This document shows, in pieces, positions 30,635-38,215 of a stretch of DNA of 64,000 nt. Position 1 is the stretch's first letter; each line of letters starts with the position of its first letter. The notes beneath the pieces are model-generated. The model was not told where the DNA came from and searched no databases. It saw only the letters and a list, made by a program, of their open reading frames with translations. The stretch is from Candidatus Bathyarchaeota archaeon. Lineage in GTDB: Archaea; Thermoproteota; Bathyarchaeia; Bathyarchaeales; Bathycorpusculaceae. The DNA lies in NCBI GenBank assembly GCA_963832745.1, contig CAWHVC010000003.1:448001-512000 (forward strand). The letters run 5' to 3'. Made by a program: the position numbers and the translations under genes.

Positions 30635-31384
30635 TTACTTTTTTTGCTTAATCCCTTCAATAACCTCAGCGATGCGTTGCTTATTATCATCTGCCTCAAT
30701 AAGGTTTCCAGTAACGATAATGTCTGCGCCCGCTTGAGCTGCTGCCGCCGCTTGCTCACGAGTTCGGATACCGCCACCGACAATCAAGGGAACATCAAGG
30801 TATTTCTTTACAGTTTTAATCATTTCTGGCGGAACAGGGTTTGCAACTCCAGAGCCACCTTCAAGATAAATAAACTTCATACCGAAGTATTGTCCAGCTA
30901 AAGCGTGTGCTGCTGCCAAGTCTGGTTTATCGTAGGGTATGGCGATTGCTTTTCCGACGATTCCTGCAGTTCCACCTTGACCAACAATAATGTAGCCCAT
31001 AGAGATAGGTTCAATATTGAATTTTTTGATTAAAGGTGCACCTAGGATTTGGGCGCCGACTAAAAAGTACGGGTCTACAGAATTTAGCAGTGACATGAAC
31101 CAGATGGCGTCAGAGTACCTACTGATGCCGCTTACATTGTTGGGGAATAGTATTGTTGGTAAATCAACAGCGCTTTTAATTGCCTTTACAACTGAATCCA
31201 AATGTTCCTGAGAAGAAAATGTTGAACCACCAATCATTATTGCAGCGGTTCCACTGTTCTTTGAGTTCTCTGCCACAAGGGAGGCTTGAGTCGGAGTAAT
31301 CTTTTCTGGATCAATAAGGGTCATGTGGATTGCTTTTTCAGCCGCAATTTTTTCAAGGAGATATTTTTCTACTCGCCCAAGCAT
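30635..31384 (-). CDS. Geranylgeranylglyceryl phosphate synthase
   Basis: HMTLIDPEK, IMIGGST, YLEGGSG and VGGGIR. Confidence 0.92.
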   Translation of the reverse strand: MLGRVEKYLLEKIAAEKAIHMTLIDPEKITPTQASLVAENSKNSGTAAIMIGGSTFSSQEHLDSVVKAIKSAVDLPTILFPNNVSGISRYSDAIWFMSLLNSVDPYFLVGAQILGAPLIKKFNIEPISMGYIIVGQGGTAGIVGKAIAIPYDKPDLAAAHALAGQYFGMKFIYLEGGSGVANPVPPEMIKTVKKYLDVPLIVGGGIRTREQAAAAAQAGADIIVTGNLIEADDNKQRIAEVIEGIKQKK

Positions 31385-31399
31385 TGGCTATCTCTCAAG

Positions 31400-31666
31400 T
31401 TACTCTTTAGGTTTGGTAATTGGTGTACGCTTTAAAGTGCTGTACACACGGTCGGTTAGCATGCAGTAAACGTCAACTTCGCCTTGTGCTTGTTTCACTT
31501 GGAATTCTTCTTTAAGACCACAACTGCTGCATTGTGCAACTGCGTGACCGCCTTCATCCCTGTTTATTTCAACGAGTACCGTTTCTTTTCCGCATCTAGG
31601 GCAAGAGAAAAATTTAGGTAACCGTTTTTTTGGAATATGAACAACTTTTTTCCTTCTTCGCCCCAT
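31400..31666 (-). CDS. elf1: Transcription elongation factor Elf1
   Basis: MGRRRKK...LPKFFSCPRCG...CSSCG...VDVY. Confidence 0.9.
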   Translation of the reverse strand: MGRRRKKVVHIPKKRLPKFFSCPRCGKETVLVEINRDEGGHAVAQCSSCGLKEEFQVKQAQGEVDVYCMLTDRVYSTLKRTPITKPKE

Positions 31667-31763
31667 GAAATAACCTTCACTATCGATGTTATGTTCCTTT
31701 AATATTTATGCTTGTCCTTAAATACTTGCCTACCAACCATGAAAATAGAGAAGTGCACAAACC

Positions 31764-32606
31764 GTGAAGTTGACACCTTCCGTATTAGACACGAATTTCT
31801 CCGAAGTAGAAACAAGAATCAGTCGCTTCATCAAAGAATATGTTTCTAACAGTCAAGCAAAAGGCGTCGTGCTTGGGCTTTCAGGCGGAATCGACAGCGC
31901 AACCATCGCCGGCTTATGCAGTAAAGCCTTGGGAAGCGAAAACGTCTTAGCATTATTATTGCCTGAAGAGGAAACAAGAAACCAAAAAGACATTAACGAC
32001 GCAAAAGCCATTGCAGAACAATTTAACATTGAAACCCAAATGGTTGATATGACACTCATCGTCGACAACTTTTACAAGGCAATACCAGTCTTTGACCAAA
32101 GCGACAGGGTTTGTAAAGGAAACATCAAAGCACGAACTCGAATGATTATTCTTTACTATTACGCAAACAAACTTAACAAAATCGTTTGCGGAAGCTCAGA
32201 CAAGTCAGAAACCCTAATGGGATACTTTACCAAGTGGGGAGACGGCGCAGCAGACATGGCGCCCATAATGGACCTCTACAAAACCCAAGTCCGAAAACTC
32301 GCAATCCACCTTGGAATACCCGAACCAATTGCCTTGAAGCCTTCAACACCTGCGCTTTGGCCTAACCAGTCCGCTGAGGGTGAACTGGGAATAAAATATG
32401 ACACCTTAGACCTTATCCTGTATGGTCTTGAAAGATTTATGCCAACAGAAGAAATCGCTAGCCAAGTGGGAATTGAACAAGAGATTGTTGAAAAGGTTAA
32501 AAGTCGTTGGCTGGATAACGAGCATAAACGGCGAATGCCAATAGCGCCCAAACTTGGCTTTAGAACAGTGGGAAGCGATTTTAGGCTTCCAAGACAAGAT
32601 TATTAA
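31764..32606 (+). CDS. nadE: NAD+ synthetase (synthetase domain only)
   Basis: GLSGGIDS, GNIKAR.RM, GYFTKWGDG and EHKR. Confidence 0.95.
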   Translation: MKLTPSVLDTNFSEVETRISRFIKEYVSNSQAKGVVLGLSGGIDSATIAGLCSKALGSENVLALLLPEEETRNQKDINDAKAIAEQFNIETQMVDMTLIVDNFYKAIPVFDQSDRVCKGNIKARTRMIILYYYANKLNKIVCGSSDKSETLMGYFTKWGDGAADMAPIMDLYKTQVRKLAIHLGIPEPIALKPSTPALWPNQSAEGELGIKYDTLDLILYGLERFMPTEEIASQVGIEQEIVEKVKSRWLDNEHKRRMPIAPKLGFRTVGSDFRLPRQDY

Positions 32607-32621
32607 AAAGGCGAAAACCGG

Positions 32622-33455
32622 ATGAAAGATAACATCAAGCTGGCTCTTGCCCAAATCAGCAGTAAACGAGAAGATAAACAGGCAAACCTACGGCAATACG
32701 AGGAGTTAACACTCAAAGCAAAGAAGCAAAATGCAGATTTGGTTATCTTTCCTGAAATGTCCTTAACAGGCTACGTGGTCAAAGACCAAGTCTACGAGTT
32801 AGCCGAAAACATACCGGGACCTTCAGTGGAAAAGGTTGAGGCGTTGGCTAAAAAGACGGGTATGCACATTATTTTTGGGATGCCGGAAGTAAGCGAAAAA
32901 ACTAAAGCCACCCTTTACAACAGTTCGGTTCTTGTTGGTCCCGGTGGTTACATTGGTAAATACCATAAAATGTACTTGCCTACGCACAGTGTTTTTGAAG
33001 AGAAACGTTATTTTCGTCCTGGATATCAGCCTGCAGTGTTTGATACGGCGATTGGAAAAATTGGGTTAACCATTTGCTATGATATATTCTTTCCAGAAGT
33101 GTTTAGGCTTGCCCGTTTAGGTGGCGCTCAACTAATTGTATGCATTTCAGCTTCTCCAGCAGTGCGTAGGAGCTATTTTGAAGTTTTAACTGCTGCAAGG
33201 GCAATAGAAAACACGTCTTATCTTGCTTATGTGAATCTTTCAGGCGTAGAAGAGGGATTGCAGTTTTGGGGTGGAAGTTGCCTTGTTAGCCCAACAGGGG
33301 ACATTTTAGCTAAGGCAAAGTATGATGAACCAGATTTTGTTTGCTGTGAAGCGGATTTCCATGACCTACGGACAGCAGAAGCCTTCATTCCAACGCTTAG
33401 AGACTTAAGACCTGAACTGTTTGATAAACTAAAGAGTCAATCAGAAAATCTCTAA
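32622..33455 (+). CDS. Carbon-nitrogen hydrolase (nitrilase family), probable glutaminase partner of NadE
   Basis: FPEM, YHKMYLP and ICYD (E-K-C triad); 15 bp downstream of nadE. Confidence 0.85.
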   Translation: MKDNIKLALAQISSKREDKQANLRQYEELTLKAKKQNADLVIFPEMSLTGYVVKDQVYELAENIPGPSVEKVEALAKKTGMHIIFGMPEVSEKTKATLYNSSVLVGPGGYIGKYHKMYLPTHSVFEEKRYFRPGYQPAVFDTAIGKIGLTICYDIFFPEVFRLARLGGAQLIVCISASPAVRRSYFEVLTAARAIENTSYLAYVNLSGVEEGLQFWGGSCLVSPTGDILAKAKYDEPDFVCCEADFHDLRTAEAFIPTLRDLRPELFDKLKSQSENL

Positions 33456-33487
33456 TCAGAATAAACCAGTTTTTAGGGCTGTAACTG

Positions 33488-33625
33488 GTGATTATCACAA
33501 ATCACAGTAAGTCACAGTTGCGTCACAACCCCATCACAAGCCTGTGATATCATGCTTTTTTATGGAAAAATCACGTGATTTCAGCGTGATTTGTGTGTGA
33601 TTAGCCGTGATTAGGTGACATCACG
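33488..33625. repeat. Array A: about 14 copies of RTCAC/GTGAY, partly at 10-11 bp spacing
   Basis: RTCACA at 33494, 33501, 33511, 33522, 33533; GTGAY at 33575, 33586, 33597, 33607, 33615; palindrome AAATCACGTGATTT. Confidence 0.85.
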
Positions 33626-34018
33626 ATGTCAATTTATCATTATTCACAAGCAGAATAGTAGGGAAAAGATGTAACGATAATGAGAAAGAAAGTATGTTTT
33701 GTTCTTGAAATATAAGCGCCAAAAGAGCAAAGTTACGGTTCAAGGTTAACGGATATTTAGCATGAAGGTTTAAAAAAAGGCAAAACACCACTATAGTAAC
33801 AAAAACCAATAAGCTCAAATTAAACCTCAAAAACAAATATGGCCCAAATTTGAAGCTAAAATTTGGTAATAATCATTTAAATACCATAATAATCACTAAT
33901 AGGCTAAAATTATGCCGTTTTAGTGCTCAATTTTTAGTCTTTTTAGGGGTAACAAGCTATAAAAGCCCTGATAGTATACAAAGTTGTATCCATTAAGCAT
34001 AACGAGGAGAACATAGTT

Positions 34019-34498
34019 TTGAAGTTAAAAGACGGCGTAACCGCATGGTTAAATGGGGCATTAAATGACCCCATTGTAAAAATACTATCCAAAAACAGCC
34101 AATTAACCAAAACACAGCTTGAAACACTGCTTATTGACATTTTAGCCGAGAATATAGCAGGCAAACAGCTAAAGTACGATGAAAAAGCCAAATTACGCTT
34201 AACCAAGTCCAAAATAAGCCGCGGTTCGTTTAACAGGACTTTAGCACAGTCTAAAGAAAACGTTATAAAATCCATTTACACGGTACTACTTTTAGGTTAT
34301 TTGGGTGTTTTTGAGAGCTCAACTCTTGACCCATACCTCGAAATAGCAAACAAACTGAGAGATTATGTAGAGGCCCACCAGGACATACCTGGCAAGCAGG
34401 AAGAGCTAGAGGACCATGTAAAGTTGATAGAAATCATCAGAGAGGAGCTAGAAACGAGCCTAAAACGGCTTTCTAGTCCATCAGGAGAGCCCTTGTGA
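34019..34498 (+). CDS. Uncharacterised helical protein with putative HTH
   Basis: GAGGAG RBS; LT.TQLE...KA.LR....ISRGSFNRTL.Q resembles an HTH with recognition helix. Confidence 0.7.
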   Translation: MKLKDGVTAWLNGALNDPIVKILSKNSQLTKTQLETLLIDILAENIAGKQLKYDEKAKLRLTKSKISRGSFNRTLAQSKENVIKSIYTVLLLGYLGVFESSTLDPYLEIANKLRDYVEAHQDIPGKQEELEDHVKLIEIIREELETSLKRLSSPSGEPL

Positions 34499-34787
34499 CG
34501 TCACAAATCACATAAAATAAGGATGTTTTGGGCTTCTTTTTTGAAGGCCCGCAGCATCATTTTTTATTCTCTAAATTATAGATTATTTAGGAAATAGGGC
34601 ATAATTTAGGGTTGTTTTAGAGAGGTTTGAAGCATGATAGTGTGACTTGTGATCGTGTGATTTTGTGATGTGTGATGTCATGCGGTTGGTTCCCATAGAA
34701 GTTACCGTAAGGCTTAAAAGGAATATGGGAAACTGTGATGTGTGATGCAACACATTAAATCACGGGTCAAATCACGCCTATATCACA
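34493..34787. repeat. Array B: about 13 copies of TGTGAY/RTCACR around the promoter of the downstream gene
   Basis: Palindrome TTGTGACGTCACAA at 34493; TGTGAY at 34641, 34648, 34656, 34664, 34671, 34734, 34741; ATCACR at 34507, 34759, 34771, 34782. Confidence 0.85.
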
Positions 34788-34800
34788 TTGAGGTGGAAAC

Positions 34801-35628
34801 TTGAGTGAAATCATAGTGCCAGCATTGATAGGTGCCTTGTTAGTAGCTACAGTTGTTGCATCTACAGGTTATTATAGACGGATACGCCAAGCTCAAAAAG
34901 AATATGAGAAAGCCAGAGATGCTGTTGAGGATATTGTACTAAGTTTTAACCGTGAACTTAAGCGTGAATCTGAAAGGCTTGAGCAGATAGCGTTTAAAGT
35001 TGAGGGAAGTCTAGCAAAATCTGATACTGGACTAAGAAGAATAGACAATATTGAGAAAAGAATTTCCCCTGTTGAGAGTCAACTTAGCAATCTTGAAGAT
35101 CAAAGAAGAAACTTTGAGAATCAACGTAGCACTATTGAAAACCAGAAAAATATCATTGAGACACAAATTAATCAACTTAGTAGTTTAACGCAAAACAACA
35201 GTAACCTGTCTTCTTCATTAGCATGTTTAGATGTAAAAATAAAAGACATTGAAGCATCTCAGGAATCTTTGAAGAACAAAATCAGCGAGTTTGAGGAGCA
35301 AATTCAAAAAATCGCACTGTTACCTCCTGAAAGCAAAATTGAGCAGGCAATACCTGTTGTGCCCATTAAGCGTGATAAAGCCCTAGCCGCATTAACCAAC
35401 ACAGAAGTTGCAGTGTTGGAAATGTTATCTTCAGAAGGGTCAAAAACAGCTCCCGAAATCAAAGAGAGAGTAGGCCTTAGTCGAGAGCATACAGCTCGGT
35501 TAATGAAAAAACTCTATGAGGAAGGTTACCTTGAACGGGAAATGGGTAAAATTCCATTCAGATATAGTGTTAAGAAGGAAATGGAAAAATTCCTAAAGAA
35601 GGAAGACCCAAGCACACCCCAAACATAA
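34801..35628 (+). CDS. Membrane-anchored coiled-coil protein with C-terminal winged HTH
   Basis: GAGGTG RBS; N-terminal TM (IIVPALIGALLVATVVA) followed by RR; long heptad region; C-terminal LTNTE..VL..L...G.KTAPEI...VGLSREHTARLMKKLYEEGYLER. Confidence 0.8.
   Translation: MSEIIVPALIGALLVATVVASTGYYRRIRQAQKEYEKARDAVEDIVLSFNRELKRESERLEQIAFKVEGSLAKSDTGLRRIDNIEKRISPVESQLSNLEDQRRNFENQRSTIENQKNIIETQINQLSSLTQNNSNLSSSLACLDVKIKDIEASQESLKNKISEFEEQIQKIALLPPESKIEQAIPVVPIKRDKALAALTNTEVAVLEMLSSEGSKTAPEIKERVGLSREHTARLMKKLYEEGYLEREMGKIPFRYSVKKEMEKFLKKEDPSTPQT
35050..35175 (+). repeat. Six degenerate 21-bp (7-aa) in-frame tandem repeats
   Basis: IEKRISP/VESQLSN/LEDQRRN/FENQRST/IENQKNI/IETQINQ; each DNA unit starts NTTGAR. 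Confidence 0.7.
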
Positions 35629-35644
35629 TCGTATCACAAAAACA

Positions 35645-35710
35645 TTACAGGGACTTCACAAACTGTAAAATTGTGAACTAAAAAGTGTTAACAGTTCACA
35701 ACCTGTGAAG
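35645..35710. repeat. Array C: TTCACA/TGTGAA copies between convergent genes
   Basis: TTCACA at 35655 and 35695; TGTGAA at 35672 and 35704; TTCACA-N3-TGTGAA palindrome. Confidence 0.7.
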
Positions 35711-35716
35711 GAAAGT

Positions 35717-36157
35717 TTAGTAGTTGTTTTTAATTTGTTGCTTGATTGTTGCCTGTGGCAGATTTGGTGCAGCTTTGTACTTAAGGTTGTTTCCTGAACC
35801 TGTCCTTAAAAGTAGTCCTTTGCTTGCCATTCTTGATAGATATGTTGAGACAGTACTCAAACTGACTGGTTCCTTAAGCTCCTGCTCATAAACAGACTGT
35901 ATATCTTTTGATGCAAACCAGATTAACGGAAAACTTTTCTGGATAACCATTTGAACTTTTTCAAAACGTGTAGTCGCATTTGGAAGAGCTTGAGTTGAGC
36001 CGCCGGTTGATGGACCTTCATTTGGCATGCCACCTAGCAATTCGACAAGATCCAAGAGGCGTAGAGCTTTGTCGCGGGTTATTTGACCCTCGAACGCGAC
36101 GGTATATCGGTTTCCGTCGTTATCGAATAGCTCCACACGCATTTTACGTGCTGGCAT
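35717..36157 (-). CDS. Uncharacterised protein: small N-terminal beta-beta-alpha domain, linker, C-terminal winged HTH
   Basis: MRVELFDNDGNRYTVAFEGQITRDKALRLLDL; low-complexity linker; F.SKDIQ..YE......SLSTVSTYLSRM..KGLL.R.G wHTH. Confidence 0.75.
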   Translation of the reverse strand: MPARKMRVELFDNDGNRYTVAFEGQITRDKALRLLDLVELLGGMPNEGPSTGGSTQALPNATTRFEKVQMVIQKSFPLIWFASKDIQSVYEQELKEPVSLSTVSTYLSRMASKGLLLRTGSGNNLKYKAAPNLPQATIKQQIKNNY

Positions 36158-36178
36158 TCTTGCTTACCTAGGTGTCTG

Positions 36179-36480
36179 TTCACAACTTTACGACTTCACA
36201 GCTTATAGCTGTTATGGTGAACAACAGCAATGTGAAAAGCCGTAAACAAGATTTAAATTGATTTTTAGCCATGAATTTCATCGTTTTAAGAATTACAAGC
36301 TTCACATGAAAACGGAATGTGAAAAAAAAATCATTCCTTACCCTGTTTGCATTCTCCAGTAGAAGCGTAGGGGTGTGTCATTCACATCGAATAAGCATAA
36401 TTACAGATAGAAACAACCAAAATAACCCGGAAATGAAGACTTCACAATGCAACTTCACATACAGTTCACAGTTTTGTGAA
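36179..36480. repeat. Array D: about 10 exact TTCACA/TGTGAA copies running into the origin
   Basis: TTCACA at 36179, 36195, 36301, 36381, 36441, 36454, 36465; TGTGAA at 36231, 36318, 36475. Confidence 0.8.
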
Positions 36481-36940
36481 GTTTGAAATAGGTAAATTTC
36501 ATGCTTAAAAAACAGTTTATGGATAGCAAGGTGCATTGGAAAAACAAATTTGATGTTTATGGGAAATAGATAGAGTTTTTTATGGACTTTTTGAAATTTT
36601 AATCTGTTTATAGGCACACCCCTTGGTTTCCGCTCGAGAGTTTGCTGACAGAACTTGATATCAGGAGATCAAAAATTTTGCTGAAAAATCATCTAAATTC
36701 TTGGATAATAATTGTTAATATACTTAAAACTAACTTAACTCCCAGAGTATATTATATAATTAATATATAATAGTAATTTTATTAATTTTTAAAGTTCTTG
36801 TCCAGTGGAAATTTTGGGGTGTGTCTCCTTAACCGTTTACTTGATTGGTACCTAATCTACTCATTGATTTGTAGGATTATTGTGTTCTAAAACCAGTTTT
36901 TTGTACTGTATGCTTTATCTGTTCCAATAGAAATAACGGT
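36354..36940. other. Replication origin oriC (ORB elements plus AT-rich DUE)
   Basis: ORB-like TCCAGTAGAAGCGTAGGGGT (36355, +), TCGAGCGGAAACCAAGGGGT (about 36613-36638, -) and TCCAGTGGAAATTTTGGGGT (36801, +); very AT-rich 36700-36795; mini-ORB GTTCCAATAGAAAT at 36921; directly upstream of cdc6. Confidence 0.88.
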
Positions 36941-36970
36941 GTTACCTCTGAAACATTGAGGGGATGGCAA

Positions 36971-38215
36971 ATGGGAAATCCAAGCGTATTAGATGATGTA
37001 TTTGATAGTTTCGTAAACAGAGTAAACCTGTTTAAGGACAGAGAAGTGCTTAGACACGACTATATACCAGACAAGTTACCTCACAGAGAAGATCAAATTC
37101 GTCTTTTAGGCGAAAGAGTCGCTCCAGTCCTTAAAGACGCTAGATGTTCAAACATTTTCATATACGGAAAAACTGGCACTGGCAAAACAGCAGTAACAAA
37201 ATATGTCCTTAGCCATCTCGAAGCAAAAGCAAAACAGTATGGTGCGCAAGTAAAATTTTGCTACATAAACTGCCGCATGACAGGCTCGGAATACCGCGTT
37301 TTTGCCAGTTTAAGTCAAAGTGTCGGAATGTCCATACCCTTTACCGGTCTGTCAGTAGGCGAAGTTTTTGACCGATTCCGCGCTGGCCTTGACACTTCAA
37401 GAATACTTTTCATAATAGTACTTGACGAGGTTGATGCCCTGATTAAAGAACAAGGAGACGCCTTCATGTACGAATTAACCAGAATCAACGAAACCCTCAG
37501 CAAAAGCAAAGTCTCCATCATCGGCATCTCCAACGACTTGCGCCTTAAAGAGTTTCTTGACCCAAGAGTCTTCAGTTCACTTAGTGAGGAAGAATTAGTC
37601 TTCCGTCCCTATGATGCTGGAGAATTAAGAAACATTCTTCTTGAACGCTCAAAGCTTTCTTTCCAAGAAGGCGTCCTAACAGACTCCGCTTTAAGTATCT
37701 GCTCAGCCCTTGCGGCAGCAGAACATGGAGACGCTCGCCGAGCGTTAGACCTATTGCGTGTCGCAGGAGAAGTGGCTGAACGTCAAGGAGCAAAAACTAT
37801 AATGGAAGAGCATGTGCGTCAAGCTGAAAAACATATTGAACACAACCGTGTTGTTGAAGCCCTTAAAAACTTGACCCTACATTCAAAACTGGTATTGCTA
37901 AGTGTTTATCATCTTAACAAATCTAATGCAACAACAGGTGAAATCTATGATGTTTACAACGAGCTTTGCGGTGAATTCGGAGCTGGTCTTCTAACACAGC
38001 GGCGTTTAGGTAGTTTGGTTAATGAGTTAGATTCAATGGGTCTTGTTAACGCCAAAGTTGTAAGCATGGGACGATATGGGCGAACAAAAAAGATTCGCCT
38101 TGAAATTTCCCGCAGTTTAATCCGGGACGTTTTCGGCACCGATGCACGCTTTGGACGAATAATAGAATATACACCGCATGCTTCTCAAAAAAACACTCTT
38201 GACAACAACAGCTAA
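36971..38215 (+). CDS. cdc6: Orc1/Cdc6 replication initiator
   Basis: YIPDKLPHRE, GKTGTGKT, VLDEVD, HGDARRALDLLR and C-terminal wHTH (GRYGRTK). Confidence 0.97.
   Translation: MGNPSVLDDVFDSFVNRVNLFKDREVLRHDYIPDKLPHREDQIRLLGERVAPVLKDARCSNIFIYGKTGTGKTAVTKYVLSHLEAKAKQYGAQVKFCYINCRMTGSEYRVFASLSQSVGMSIPFTGLSVGEVFDRFRAGLDTSRILFIIVLDEVDALIKEQGDAFMYELTRINETLSKSKVSIIGISNDLRLKEFLDPRVFSSLSEEELVFRPYDAGELRNILLERSKLSFQEGVLTDSALSICSALAAAEHGDARRALDLLRVAGEVAERQGAKTIMEEHVRQAEKHIEHNRVVEALKNLTLHSKLVLLSVYHLNKSNATTGEIYDVYNELCGEFGAGLLTQRRLGSLVNELDSMGLVNAKVVSMGRYGRTKKIRLEISRSLIRDVFGTDARFGRIIEYTPHASQKNTLDNNS

Noticed and set aside
33621-33836. 71-aa hydrophobic ORF (and similar ORF 36378-36617)
   Set aside because: Low-complexity translations of AT-rich regulatory/origin DNA with no RBS or recognisable motif
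33488-36480. Repeat arrays as a CRISPR array
   Set aside because: Units are 5-6 bp with 1-7 bp gaps; there are no 24-47 bp repeats with unique spacers and no cas genes in the window
33488-36480. TGTGA/TCACA motifs as bacterial CRP sites
   Set aside because: The half-site is the same, but copies are mostly tandem or TCACA-first rather than TGTGA-N6-TCACA, and the context is archaeal
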